Shown here in pieces: positions 26,438-36,444 of a DNA stretch of 64,000 bases. The stretch lies in NCBI GenBank assembly GCA_963707215.1, contig CAVPPB010000003.1, positions 1,632,001-1,696,000 on the forward strand, in the 5' to 3' direction. The notes beneath the pieces were generated by a model that was not told the DNA's origin, ran no database searches, and worked only from the letters and a program-made list of their open reading frames with translations. The stretch comes from an uncultured Chloroflexia bacterium (GTDB taxonomy: Bacteria > Chloroflexota > Limnocylindria > Limnocylindrales > CSP1-4). The position numbers and the translations under genes are program-made. Every line of letters starts with the position of its first letter. Positions within the stretch are counted from its first letter, which is position 1.

Positions 26438-27256
26438 CTACAGCCGCCGCTTCCCCCGATCCCCGTCGCCGGCGCGCTCCATGTAGAAGTTCAGCATCTC
26501 GTAGGCCCAGGCGGCATCGAAGGTGAGGTGGAACTGCTGCTGGAGCCGGCGGTTCAGGACCCGCTTCGACCAGGCCAGCGCGTAGGGGGTCCGCTTCAGA
26601 AGGCGGTCGGTCAGCTCCTTGACGGCTGCGTCGAGCTCGGCGGCCGGGACGGCCCGGTGGATGTAGCCGAGGTCCGCCAGCTCGCGGCCGGTGAAGGGCC
26701 GGGCCAGGAGCAGGAAGTCACGGGCGTGGGCCAGGGTCATCTGCATCGGCACGAAGACCGCCCCGCCGTCGCCGGGCACGACCCCCAGGTCCGGACGTCC
26801 GTAGGGCAGCTCGCCCATGCCCAGGTGATAGTCGGCGATGAGGGCCTCCTCGTCGGCGACGACGAAGTCACAGGCGAAGACCAGGCTCGAACCGAACGCC
26901 ACCGCGGGACCATTGACCCGGGCGATCACCGGCTTCTCGATCTCGATGATCGCGTTGAGGGTCCTGGCGAGGCCGACGCTCAGGTCCCAGTCCTCGCCGG
27001 GGTCGTGCGCCTTGATCCCGGGGCCCGCTGAGGGCGGAACGAAGAACATCTCGCCCAGGCCGGTCAGCACGATGACCCGGACATCGTTGTCGCCGCGGAG
27101 CTCCTCGAGCGCCTCCCCGACCTCCTTGTGCTTCGGGAAGTACTTGACGACCTCCTGGCCCGCCTGGCGGGCGTAGTGGGCGTCACCCGAGGGCAGCATC
27201 CCGATCGTTGCGACGCCGCCCTCCCTCGTGATCCGCAGGTCTCCGTACTCGCGCAT
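26438..27256 (-). CDS. Enoyl-CoA hydratase/isomerase (crotonase) family protein, divergent
   Basis: VRVIVLTG, EKPVIARVNGPAV, ACDFVVA, GVVPGDGG. Confidence 0.85.
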   Translation of the reverse strand: MREYGDLRITREGGVATIGMLPSGDAHYARQAGQEVVKYFPKHKEVGEALEELRGDNDVRVIVLTGLGEMFFVPPSAGPGIKAHDPGEDWDLSVGLARTLNAIIEIEKPVIARVNGPAVAFGSSLVFACDFVVADEEALIADYHLGMGELPYGRPDLGVVPGDGGAVFVPMQMTLAHARDFLLLARPFTGRELADLGYIHRAVPAAELDAAVKELTDRLLKRTPYALAWSKRVLNRRLQQQFHLTFDAAWAYEMLNFYMERAGDGDRGKRRL

Positions 27257-27323
27257 CCGTACCCTCCTGCCAGGTCGACTCCGGAACGCATCCGAGCGTA
27301 GCCGAGGGCGCTAGAGTCGGGTG

Positions 27324-28226
27324 ATGGACGCGCAGGCAGATCGGCCCGGGCCGGTCGAGCGGTGGTTCCGCGGGGACGGGATCCGGATCCATGCTCTCGA
27401 CTGGGGAGGGCCGGCCCATGCGCCTGCCGCCCTCATGCTCCACGGGGTCGGCGGCAACGCCTGGATCTGGGACGGGGTCGCGCGCCGGCTGGCACGGCTC
27501 CTTCCGGGCCACCGGATCGTCGCCATCGACCAGCGCGACGGTGGCGACACGGAGCATCCGCCGACCGGCTACTCGAGGGAACGGTTCGTCGCCGATGTGG
27601 CAGCGGTCCATGACCAGCTGGGCGGCGGTCCGATGGCGCTGATCGGCCACTCGAGGGGCGGCTGGCTTGCGTCCGCCTTCGCTGCGACGTATCCGGATCG
27701 CCTCTCCCGGCTGGTCCTCGTCGATCCCGCCCGGCTCGTCTTCGAGCGCGAAGCCGACGCAGACGCCTTCTTCTCCTGGGTCAGCGGCTCGCTGGGCCCG
27801 TTCGAGTCCGAGGAGGCCGCTCTGACCTGGGCGACCGCGCAGGACCCGCACGCGGACTGGACGCCGATCCGGACGCGCTCGTTCCTCGCCGGTCTGCGCC
27901 GCGACGAGGCCGGACGCCTGGTCGGCAAGTTGCCGAGCGAGGCCGTTCCTCAGCTTCGTCAGGCGCGGGTGGACGGTGAGGTGGTGACCGAAGGCCTGTC
28001 GGCCATCGAGACCCCGACCCTGCTGCTGGTCGCCGAGCGGCAGTCGGCGGCCCGGCTCCGCGACAAGCTCGCCTACGCCGAGCGGATCCCGGAGGTCACC
28101 GTTCGGAGACTCGACGGGAGCCACTTCCTCCACGCCGAGACCCCGGCTGATGTGGCCGCGGAGATCGCGTCCTTCATCGCGGCTGATCGACCGGGGCGCG
28201 AGGGCCGCTGCGAGGGCCCGCGCTAG
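27324..28226 (+). CDS. Alpha/beta hydrolase
   Basis: LHGVGG, GHSRGG nucleophile elbow, GSHFLH. Confidence 0.9.
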   Translation: MDAQADRPGPVERWFRGDGIRIHALDWGGPAHAPAALMLHGVGGNAWIWDGVARRLARLLPGHRIVAIDQRDGGDTEHPPTGYSRERFVADVAAVHDQLGGGPMALIGHSRGGWLASAFAATYPDRLSRLVLVDPARLVFEREADADAFFSWVSGSLGPFESEEAALTWATAQDPHADWTPIRTRSFLAGLRRDEAGRLVGKLPSEAVPQLRQARVDGEVVTEGLSAIETPTLLLVAERQSAARLRDKLAYAERIPEVTVRRLDGSHFLHAETPADVAAEIASFIAADRPGREGRCEGPR

Positions 28227-28278
28227 CGCGGGCAGCTCGCGGTCGACGGGCGCCGCACGGCCGGCGCATCATTCCCGC

Positions 28279-28950
28279 ATGCGACGTCCTGCCGCACCCT
28301 CCGACCGCGTCCGAGTCCGACGCCTGCCCGAGCTGGGAGCCTACGACCGGGCCACGATCGAGGCGATCCTCGACGAGGCCCTCGTCTGCCACCTCGCCTT
28401 CGTCCAGGACGGCCAGCCGTACGCGATCCCCACGCTCCACGCGCGGGTGGGCGACCGCCTCTACGTCCACGGCTCCTCGGCCAGCCGGGCGCTCCGCGTC
28501 CTCGGCGGCGGAGCACCGGTCGGCGTCACGGTGACGCTCTTCGACGGCCTGGTCCTGGCCCGCTCCGTCTTCGAGCACTCGGTGGGCTACCGATCGGTCG
28601 TGGTCCTCGGCACGGCGACGCTCGTCGCGGATCCTGAGGAGAAGCTGGCCGCGCTCGAGGCCTTCACCGAGAAGCTCCTCCCCGGCCGCTGGGCCGAGGC
28701 CCGCCAGCCGTCGCGGAAAGAGCTCAAGGCGACCGCGGTCCTCTGGCTGCCGCTCGACGAGGCATCGGCCAAGGTCTCGGCCGGGCCACCGGACGACGGC
28801 GAGGGCCCCGACGCCGCGCTCGACGTCTGGGCCGGCAACCTGCCGGCCCGCGAGGCCTGGGGCGAGCCGATACCGGACCCGCTCCTCCGCGAGGGGATCC
28901 CGGTGCCAGAGAGCGTGCGGCGGTTCCTGGCATCGCGCCGGGACGACTGA
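28279..28950 (+). CDS. Pyridoxamine 5'-phosphate oxidase-like flavin-binding protein
   Basis: ILDEALVCHLAF, LYVHGS, DGLVLARSVFEHS..YRSVV. Confidence 0.88.
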   Translation: MRRPAAPSDRVRVRRLPELGAYDRATIEAILDEALVCHLAFVQDGQPYAIPTLHARVGDRLYVHGSSASRALRVLGGGAPVGVTVTLFDGLVLARSVFEHSVGYRSVVVLGTATLVADPEEKLAALEAFTEKLLPGRWAEARQPSRKELKATAVLWLPLDEASAKVSAGPPDDGEGPDAALDVWAGNLPAREAWGEPIPDPLLREGIPVPESVRRFLASRRDD

Positions 28951-28974
28951 CCGACCCGGGGGCTCGGCCGAGGG

Positions 28975-30180
28975 TCAGGCGACGCGGGCGCCCGCCTTCC
29001 AGACCTGCTCGACGCGGCCGGCCAGCCCACCGAACTCGAAGAGATCGCCCGCCACGACGACGAGGTCGGCCAGCTTGCCCGGCTCGAGCGTCCCGAGGTC
29101 GGCCTCCAGGCCCATCAGCTCGGCCGCACTCCGGGTCGTCGCGACGAGCGCCTGTCCCGGCGTCATCCCTCCGTGCTCGACCATGAGCTCGAGCTCGCGC
29201 AGGTTCCGGCCGTGCGGGGTGACGCCGGAGTCGGTGCCCATGGCGATGCGGACGCCGGCCTCCACGGCGCGCCGGAAGCTCGCCCGGTGGATCTCGATGA
29301 CGGAACGCGCCTTCTCGACGATGGCGGACGGGAGCGCGACCCCCTGGTCGACGGCATCGAGCACACCCTGCGGGGCGACGAGTGTCGGCACGAGCCAGGC
29401 TCCCCGGGCGAGCATGAGGTCGATGCCCTCGTCGTCGAGGTAGATCCCGTGGTCGATCGAGCGGATCCCGGCTCGGACGGCGTTCTTGATGCCCTCGGCG
29501 CCCTGGGCGTGGGCCATCACCCAGCGGCCGGCGGCATCGGCCTCTTCCACGAGGACTCCGAGCTCGACGGGCCGGAGGTGGGCGTGCCGGGGGTCGTCTC
29601 GCGGCGAGAGGACCCCGCCGGATGTCGCCACCTTGATGACGTCGGCGCCCATGCGAACGAGCTCGCGCACCGTCCGCCGCATCTCGTCGGGACCGTCGAC
29701 GATCGTCTCCGGGATGCCAGGATGCGGGCCCAGGATGCCCATCCGGGCGCCGGACGGCATCCAGTCGTCGCCATGCCCGCCGGTCTGGCTGATCATGCCG
29801 AGGGAGATCTGCATCCGCGGTCCGACCACGAGACCGCGCTCGACCGCCTCCTTGACCCCGAGGTCGGCGCCGCCGGCATCGCGCACCGTGGTGATCCCGG
29901 TCCGGATCGTCGCCCGGAGGTTCCGGGCGGCCTCGAAGAACTGGAGCGAGAAGGGCGTCTGGGCCAGCCGCCAGAGGTCGACGTGGCTGACCGTGACGTG
30001 GACGTGGCAGTCGAACAACCCGGGGAGGAGCGTCCGGCCGGCGAGGTCGAGCCGCTCGTCGCCGTCGAGCCCGGAGCCGACGTCCACGATGCGGCCGTCG
30101 GCGATGGCCAGGTCGGCGATGGCGGGCTCGGCCCCCGATCCGTCGAAGACCCGGGCTCCGGCAAAGACGGTGCGGCGCAT
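28975..30180 (-). CDS. Metal-dependent amidohydrolase (Xaa-Pro dipeptidase-like subgroup)
   Basis: PGLFDCHVH, GITTVRDAGG, IKVATSGG, AHAQG, MGTDSG. Confidence 0.9.
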   Translation of the reverse strand: MRRTVFAGARVFDGSGAEPAIADLAIADGRIVDVGSGLDGDERLDLAGRTLLPGLFDCHVHVTVSHVDLWRLAQTPFSLQFFEAARNLRATIRTGITTVRDAGGADLGVKEAVERGLVVGPRMQISLGMISQTGGHGDDWMPSGARMGILGPHPGIPETIVDGPDEMRRTVRELVRMGADVIKVATSGGVLSPRDDPRHAHLRPVELGVLVEEADAAGRWVMAHAQGAEGIKNAVRAGIRSIDHGIYLDDEGIDLMLARGAWLVPTLVAPQGVLDAVDQGVALPSAIVEKARSVIEIHRASFRRAVEAGVRIAMGTDSGVTPHGRNLRELELMVEHGGMTPGQALVATTRSAAELMGLEADLGTLEPGKLADLVVVAGDLFEFGGLAGRVEQVWKAGARVA

Positions 30181-30231
30181 GGGCCGAGGATACCCGGCGG
30201 ACCGGGCTCCAGCCCGGCGGCCGGACTGGGT

Positions 30232-31743
30232 TCAGCCGGTAGCACGCCGACGTGTCGGCCGGCGGCCGCGAGGGATGGCCGGGTCCCGGCGCTCGTCCTT
30301 CTCGGCTTGGGGACCGGGAGCGGCGCCTGCCACCGCATCGTAGGGCTCGACCGGATAGGGCATCCCGGCGTCGAAGAGGTGGATGAACTGCTCGACCAGG
30401 TCGGGGTCGAACTGTCGGCCGGCCTGGCGGCGCAGCTCTGCGAGGGCCGCCTCGTGGGAGATGGGCTGCCGATATGGGCGTCCGGCGACCATGGCCTCGT
30501 AGGCGTCGACGATGGCGACGATACGGGCACCGATCGGGATCTCCTCGCCCCGGAGTCCGTGGGGATAGCCGCGTCCGTCGAACCATTCGTGGTGGTGGAG
30601 GACGATCGTCGCGGCGTCGCGGAGGGCGCCAGCGTGCTCGAGCATGACCTGGCCGATCTTCGGGTGCTCGGCCACCACCCGCCACTCGCCCTGTTCGAGC
30701 TCGGTCGGCTTCGACAGGATCTCGTCCGGGATCGCCAGCTTGCCCAGGTCGTGGAGAAGGCTGGCGACCCGGATCCGCTCGATCTCGCGGCCCGGCAGGC
30801 CGAGCGAGCGGGCCATCGCCATCGCCGAGCCGGCGATGAGCGGAGACGATCGCCCTGCCCAACCCGATCGCTCGCGCAGCGCATCGGCCAGCGAGGTGGT
30901 CGCTGCGTCGAGGGCGAGGCGGCCCACCTCCATCGCCGCAGCGCGAGCGTCCGGGTCGATCGGTGCGCGACGAACGCGTCCGTCGTCGTGGACCTCGTTG
31001 AAGACGAAGACCTGGTCCCGCCCCAGGGCCTTGGCGGAGTACAGCGCCGTGTCCGCGTCGCGGATCAGGCGGTCGAGGTCGAGCTGGCCGCCCATCCCGC
31101 CCGCTACGCCCGCCGACAGGGTCACGACGACGCTGGTCCCGTCGTCGAGGACCACCGGGGAGCTGGCCAGGAGCCGCCGGAGCTTCTCGGCCACGGTCGC
31201 GGCCGCTTCGGCGTCGGTCTCGGGCAGGACGATCATGAACTCCTCGCCGCCATAGCGGCCGAGGGCATCCTGCGCCCGCATATCTCCCCGTAGCATGCCG
31301 GCCACGGCGCGGAGGACCTGGTCGCCGGCGAGATGTCCGAACGTGTCGTTGAGCCGCTTGAAGTGGTCGAGATCGACCAGGGCGACGGACAGCGGGCGAT
31401 GGTAGCGCGCCGCCCGCCGCAGCTCCTCCTCGAGTCGGGCGAGGAGGGCCTGGCGGTTCGAGACGCCGGTGAGCTCGTCGGTGGTGGCGAGGGTCCAGGT
31501 GGCCGTCAGGCGGTCCGTCAGCCGGGCGAGCGCCCGTCGGACCCGGGCCCCGCCGATCCGCGACCCGGCGAGCTGCTCGAGGGCGACGCCGTCGGCCACG
31601 GCGAGGCGCTCCAGCAGAGCGGCCAGCCGACGGTCCCGCCAGCGGACCAGGATCGCGTACCCGACGGCGCCGGCGAAGGCGATCGAAGCCACGAAGGCCA
31701 CGAACGCGACCGAGAACCACGTCGACTGGCTGACGTCGATCAC
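30232..31743 (-). CDS. Membrane-anchored GGDEF + HD-GYP protein
   Basis: N-terminal TM; RAQD I-site, RYGGEEF; LHDLGK, HHEWFDGRGYP. Confidence 0.93.
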   Translation of the reverse strand: MIDVSQSTWFSVAFVAFVASIAFAGAVGYAILVRWRDRRLAALLERLAVADGVALEQLAGSRIGGARVRRALARLTDRLTATWTLATTDELTGVSNRQALLARLEEELRRAARYHRPLSVALVDLDHFKRLNDTFGHLAGDQVLRAVAGMLRGDMRAQDALGRYGGEEFMIVLPETDAEAAATVAEKLRRLLASSPVVLDDGTSVVVTLSAGVAGGMGGQLDLDRLIRDADTALYSAKALGRDQVFVFNEVHDDGRVRRAPIDPDARAAAMEVGRLALDAATTSLADALRERSGWAGRSSPLIAGSAMAMARSLGLPGREIERIRVASLLHDLGKLAIPDEILSKPTELEQGEWRVVAEHPKIGQVMLEHAGALRDAATIVLHHHEWFDGRGYPHGLRGEEIPIGARIVAIVDAYEAMVAGRPYRQPISHEAALAELRRQAGRQFDPDLVEQFIHLFDAGMPYPVEPYDAVAGAAPGPQAEKDERRDPAIPRGRRPTRRRATG

Positions 31744-31874
31744 CGCGGGCGTCGATCCTCCGGCACGGGCGGCCGGGAGGCCGCGAGCTCGAAACGAGCG
31801 TGCCAGTCGTCACCTTCCGGCGACATGGCCCGGCGGTACCGTCGGCGGACCGGACCGCTGTCCGGTCGATGTGG

Positions 31875-32633
31875 TCAACCGAGCGGCTCGACCCGGGCTC
31901 GGAGCAACTCATCCGAGGCGTCGGTGAGCCGATATGCCGCGACGCCGGGCTCCAGCTCCCAGGCTCGACCGGCGATCGTCGCCCCAGGGCCGGCGGGCGC
32001 CAGGTACTCCGCGACGATGGCCCTCGGCCACGCACGGAGGGACGTCGTCCCGAGCGGCACCGCCGCCGTTGCCTCGTCGATCCAGTCGATGTAGGCCCCG
32101 TTGTTGGCGTGGCCCATCGGATCGAGATCGGAGCGACGGACGGTGATGACCGACGCCGCCGCGTCGACGGGTGTCGGTGGAAGGGCGACGCGATGTGGCT
32201 CGAAGGGCGGTGGCGTCTCCGGGAAGAGGCGAGGGAAGTCGTCCGGGATGCGCGTCGGCATCCCCCGCCGATCGGTCATGACCCAGTCCGTCTCGACGGC
32301 GGCCAACGGCCGGCCTTCGGCGGCGGCCACGGTGGTGCGGCGCCGAGCCAGGATCCTCCGGAACCCGCTGATCGAGGTCGAGACGACCAGGGCGGTCCCG
32401 GTCGGGGCATCGGCCAGCTGCTCGAGCCGGATGGCCCGGACGAGCCAGGCGAGGCCGCGGGCCTCGTACCACTCGCGCCCGAAGCCCAGGGCCTCCGAAT
32501 GCCGCCAGGCGCAGTCCTGCGCGTACCGCAGGAACGCCGATGGCCGGGCCGTCCCGTCGGGACCAGCCTCGTCGAAGCGGACCCGGTACTCGGCGGAGAA
32601 GCCGGCGACGAGCGGGTCCCCCGGGGCGATCAT
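31875..32633 (-). CDS. Acyl-ACP thioesterase (double hotdog)
   Basis: YRVRFDE..., VRRSDLDPMGHANNGAYIDWIDE. Confidence 0.85.
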   Translation of the reverse strand: MIAPGDPLVAGFSAEYRVRFDEAGPDGTARPSAFLRYAQDCAWRHSEALGFGREWYEARGLAWLVRAIRLEQLADAPTGTALVVSTSISGFRRILARRRTTVAAAEGRPLAAVETDWVMTDRRGMPTRIPDDFPRLFPETPPPFEPHRVALPPTPVDAAASVITVRRSDLDPMGHANNGAYIDWIDEATAAVPLGTTSLRAWPRAIVAEYLAPAGPGATIAGRAWELEPGVAAYRLTDASDELLRARVEPLG

Positions 32634-33316
32634 CGGCGGGCCCTCAGGGTTGCCGGACGACCCGCCAGGTCCCCGATCGTCTCGATCGTGGCCAGACGAG
32701 TCCCGTCAGCGGGCGCGGTCTCGCGGGCGAGGCGCACCAGGCAGGATCGGTAGGCATCGAAGACGACCAGGCCGACCCGGACGCGCTCCCCCTCGGCGGC
32801 AGCGTGGGTCCGGGCGTCATCGAGCTGCAGGAGGACCTCGCCGTTGATGCCGCGGGCACCCCACTTGCAGTCGTAGACCTCGGCCGCACCCGGCGATTCG
32901 ACCGTCACGTCGTAGGGGTGGACCTGCGAGCGAACCCCATCGAACAGCACCCGTCGCTCGCGCCGGACGTCGGGGCCACGTCGCTGCAGGAGGAGCTCGG
33001 TCAGCGCCTCGACGATCGCCCCCCGGAACTGGGATCGGGCCTGTTCACCGCGATCCGCGACCTGGAGCGATACGTCGAGGATGGCCTCCGCCCGAGCCCG
33101 GTCTTCGGGTTCGACAGCGTCGCCGAACAGGCCCGGGAACATGGTCCGCCAGCCGGCGGGCTCGATGGACTCGCCGTTCATGACGGCCCGGGCAAGGATC
33201 CTCGCTCCATGGGAGGCGTCGGCCAGCAGCCCGGCCGCCCGGGCGACGAGCGGATCGGCCTGGATGCCCTGGTAGACGACGGCCCGCGCGTCGGGTGCCG
33301 CGTCCTGGAACCTCAC
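32630..33316 (-). CDS. Hypothetical protein with PD-(D/E)xK-like motif
   Basis: GAIVE..PYDVTV..EVYDCK; 4-bp overlaps with both neighbours. Confidence 0.6.
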   Translation of the reverse strand: MRFQDAAPDARAVVYQGIQADPLVARAAGLLADASHGARILARAVMNGESIEPAGWRTMFPGLFGDAVEPEDRARAEAILDVSLQVADRGEQARSQFRGAIVEALTELLLQRRGPDVRRERRVLFDGVRSQVHPYDVTVESPGAAEVYDCKWGARGINGEVLLQLDDARTHAAAEGERVRVGLVVFDAYRSCLVRLARETAPADGTRLATIETIGDLAGRPATLRARR

Positions 33317-33615
33317 GTCGCCTCCTCGAGGCCCAGGAGGACCACCTGCGGGAAGGTCGACAGCCAGTCGATGGCGCGGTGCGGGTCGCTGATCCTGGCG
33401 ACCTCGGCTGCCAGGCCATCGACCGCGGCCACGACGGCTGGTGTGGCGGGCTCGGTCGGACGTGCGGACGCCACCGCCTGCAGACGGGCCGACCAGGCCG
33501 CCCGGAGGTCGGTGACGTAGGGCCACTCGTCCTCCACCGCCTCGGCGACCTCGGCGAGTCCACCGTAGACCGCGAGGGCCCGGGCGATGAGATCCGCGAT
33601 GGTCGGGGCTTCCAC
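33313..33615 (-). CDS. Hypothetical helical protein
   Basis: Coding-like composition; GTGA coupling to next gene. Confidence 0.7.
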   Translation of the reverse strand: MEAPTIADLIARALAVYGGLAEVAEAVEDEWPYVTDLRAAWSARLQAVASARPTEPATPAVVAAVDGLAAEVARISDPHRAIDWLSTFPQVVLLGLEEAT

Positions 33616-33686
33616 GCCGGGCAGGGTACCGCGTCCGGACCTCTCGACCGGGAGCGCCGGGTGCCGACCGACCGCTCGGCGCTGGC

Positions 33687-33944
33687 TCAGCGAGAGAGGA
33701 GAGCGAGGAGCAACTCCGGTCGCGTGTCCTGGGGACGCCCCTCGAGCGTGGCTCGGACCTGATCGAGCAGGCGGATCAGGCGACGCTCCGCGGCCTCGTC
33801 CCAGACCGCGTACACCTCGACCGCCCGTCGGCGGACCTCACCGGCTTCGCGGCGCTCGCCGCGTCGCTCGAGCTCGGTCGCGGCGTCGAGCACCGCCCGG
33901 TAGAGTTCGGGCAGGGAATCGGCACGGGTCCGGCTAGGTTCCAT
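33687..33944 (-). CDS. Small hypothetical protein
   Basis: MEPSRTRADSLPELYRAVLD... (3' end of ORF 33687-35975). Confidence 0.55.
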   Translation of the reverse strand: MEPSRTRADSLPELYRAVLDAATELERRGERREAGEVRRRAVEVYAVWDEAAERRLIRLLDQVRATLEGRPQDTRPELLLALLSR

Positions 33945-34040
33945 CGCTCGTCGAGGATGGACCCGGCGGGCCGCAGCGGCGATAGCGAACTGGTCCGGGC
34001 GTGTCCCGCCGAACGGACCACCAGGGCATGGAGGGATCGC

Positions 34041-34829
34041 ATGGACCTCGGCATCTCGGGTCGGGGAGCGATCGTCGGGGGCGGCTCGTCGGGGCTCGGC
34101 CGGGCCTCCGCCGAACGACTCGCCGAGGCCGGCTGCCGGCTGGTCATCTGGGCGCGAGGCGCCGATGCGCTGGAGGCCACGGCCCGCTCGCTCCGGGAGC
34201 GCCACGGCGTCGAGGTCCATCCCGTGGTCGCGGACGCGGCCGACCCAGGGGCGGCGGCGCTCGTCGCCGGTGCGGCGGCCGAGCTCCTGGGCGACGTGGA
34301 CATCCTGGTCCTCAACGCCGGCGGCCCGCCGACGGTCGACCCGACCGCGACCGACGCTGACGCCTGGCGGATCGCCTTCCAGCAGCTCAGCATCACGCCG
34401 ATCGATCTCGCGACGCGGCTCCTGCCGTCGATGCGGCGTCGCGGCTGGGGCCGGGTCGTCGCCCTCCTGTCCTACGGCGTCCGCCAGCCGATCGGCGACC
34501 TGGCCTACTCGAATGCTGGCCGGACCGCCCTGGCCGCCTGGCTCAAGACGACGTCGCGCACCGTGGCCGCGGACGGTGTGACGATCAACGGCGTGCTGCC
34601 CGGCCGGATCGAGACTCCGCGGATCGCCTACCTGGACCGGACGGCCGCCGAGCGGACGGGCCGCACCCAGGAGGAGGCCCGCGCCGATCAGGTCGCGGCG
34701 ATCCCGGCGGGTCGCTACGGCGACCCAGACGAGCTCGGGGCGCTGGTGGCCTTCCTGTGCTCGGAGCCGGCGCGCTACCAGACCGGCACCTTCACGGCCG
34801 TCGACGGCGGGCTGCTGCTGGGACTCTAG
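34041..34829 (+). CDS. SDR family oxidoreductase
   Basis: GGSSGLG, LNAGGP, NGVLPGRIET, VDGG. Confidence 0.92.
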   Translation: MDLGISGRGAIVGGGSSGLGRASAERLAEAGCRLVIWARGADALEATARSLRERHGVEVHPVVADAADPGAAALVAGAAAELLGDVDILVLNAGGPPTVDPTATDADAWRIAFQQLSITPIDLATRLLPSMRRRGWGRVVALLSYGVRQPIGDLAYSNAGRTALAAWLKTTSRTVAADGVTINGVLPGRIETPRIAYLDRTAAERTGRTQEEARADQVAAIPAGRYGDPDELGALVAFLCSEPARYQTGTFTAVDGGLLLGL

Positions 34830-34900
34830 ACCCACCGGTCGACCGATCGGCCGGGCCTGACCGCCGGTCCGCGTCCGACGCCGTATGCGATGCGGACGGA

Positions 34901-35233
34901 TCAGTCGCCCGGGTGCCCCCAGGACCGGACCGTGAATCCCTCGAGTCGACCCGTCGCCGGGAACCGGCGGACCTCGACCCGCTCCACGACGGCGCCGAAG
35001 GGGCCCTCGCGCAGGGACTCGAGCAGCCGTTCGAGTCGGTCGGTCGGTCCCTCGGCGACGCACTCCACCCCGCCGTCGGGCCGGTTGGCGACCCAGCCGT
35101 CCAGGCCGAGAGAGATCGCGACGTGGATGACGAAGGCCCGGTAGCCGACGCCCTGGACCCTGCCGCGTACCGTCGCTTCGAGGCGGAGGGCGGGGCCGGG
35201 AGAACGGGGCTGACCGCCCGCCGTCGTGGCCAC
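34901..35233 (-). CDS. acyP: Acylphosphatase
   Basis: GRVQGVGYR, GWVANRPDGGVE. Confidence 0.93.
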   Translation of the reverse strand: MATTAGGQPRSPGPALRLEATVRGRVQGVGYRAFVIHVAISLGLDGWVANRPDGGVECVAEGPTDRLERLLESLREGPFGAVVERVEVRRFPATGRLEGFTVRSWGHPGD

Positions 35234-35235
35234 GG

Positions 35236-36414
35236 TCAGGCGGACGCGCCCGCGCGGGGAGCCGCCAGGACGAGCGCATCGAGCAGGAGCTCGGGGCCGA
35301 CGTTGGCGTCGAGGCGCTCCGCGGCCGAGGCGAGCTCGGCCAGGAACGTGGCCACCGAGCGGGCATCGACGATCGTCGACGTCGCCTGAAGCTCGTCGAG
35401 AAGACCCGGGTCACGGACGAGGCCCGGCGTCCCGGCCTGGACGAGGGCGAGATCGCGGAAGACGTCCCGCCAGGTCTCCACCAACCAGGCCGCCGCGCGT
35501 CGTCGCTCCGATGCCGGCGATCGGACCATCGTGCCGGCGTCCTGCTCGGCCACCGCGACCGGGACGCCGTCGGTCGGAGCGACGGCCGATCGGCGCGGCC
35601 GGCTTGCGCGACCGGTCGCGCTCCCATCGGTCTTCCCGTCGGGGCCGGCCCGGTCGAGCTCCTCGAGGGCATCGCCCGCACGGCCTGCAAGATCGCGGAT
35701 CGCAGCCAGCCTTGCGGACCGCCGTGCCGGCAGCAGGTCCATGAGGCCCCGGGCGATCTCGGCGCGGGCGAGCGCGGCCGCCGGTGCCCGGGCATAGGCG
35801 ACGGCCAGTCCGGGTCGCCCGCCGGCGATCCTGGCCAGTCGAGCCGCGGTCGGCGGGTCCGCCAGCCCGAGGTCCCCGAGGAGGCCCTCGATCTCCCTGA
35901 CGGGCGCAGGACCGAGCCGGACCCGGACGCAGCGGGAGCGGACCGTGTCGAGGAGCCGCTCCTCGTCGTCGGCACAGAGGACGATGACGACCCCGAGCGG
36001 AGGTTCCTCCAGGAGCTTCAGCATGGCGTTCTGGGCGTCGTCGTTGAGCCGATGGGCTGCCTCCACGAGGGCGACCCGGGCACCTCCCTCCACCGGCATC
36101 AGGGCCAGCTCGGTGACGAGCTCGCGGACGCGGCCGATGCCGATCTGTCCACCGGGTCCTTCGGGGGCCAGCAGATGGAGATCGGGGTGGTTGCCGGAGG
36201 CCACCTGTCGACATCCACGGCACGCGCCGCATGGACGTTCGTCGGCTGTCGACGCCTGACACAGGAGCCCCCTGGCGAGGTCACGGGCCAGGGTCGACTT
36301 GCCGACCGATCCCGGGCCCACCAGGAGGATGGCATGCGGGACGGGCCCGGCGACGAACGCGCGGACGGCCGCCAGGGCGGACGGCTGGCCGCGCGTCTGC
36401 GATCCCGTCGTCAC
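35236..36414 (-). CDS. holB: DNA polymerase III delta-prime subunit
   Basis: HAILLVGP, CGACRGC..GNHPD, NAMLKLLEEPP, TVRSRC. Confidence 0.9.
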   Translation of the reverse strand: MTTGSQTRGQPSALAAVRAFVAGPVPHAILLVGPGSVGKSTLARDLARGLLCQASTADERPCGACRGCRQVASGNHPDLHLLAPEGPGGQIGIGRVRELVTELALMPVEGGARVALVEAAHRLNDDAQNAMLKLLEEPPLGVVIVLCADDEERLLDTVRSRCVRVRLGPAPVREIEGLLGDLGLADPPTAARLARIAGGRPGLAVAYARAPAAALARAEIARGLMDLLPARRSARLAAIRDLAGRAGDALEELDRAGPDGKTDGSATGRASRPRRSAVAPTDGVPVAVAEQDAGTMVRSPASERRRAAAWLVETWRDVFRDLALVQAGTPGLVRDPGLLDELQATSTIVDARSVATFLAELASAAERLDANVGPELLLDALVLAAPRAGASA

Positions 36415-36444
36415 GGCGTCTGGGACTGCCGGCCGCGACGCCGC

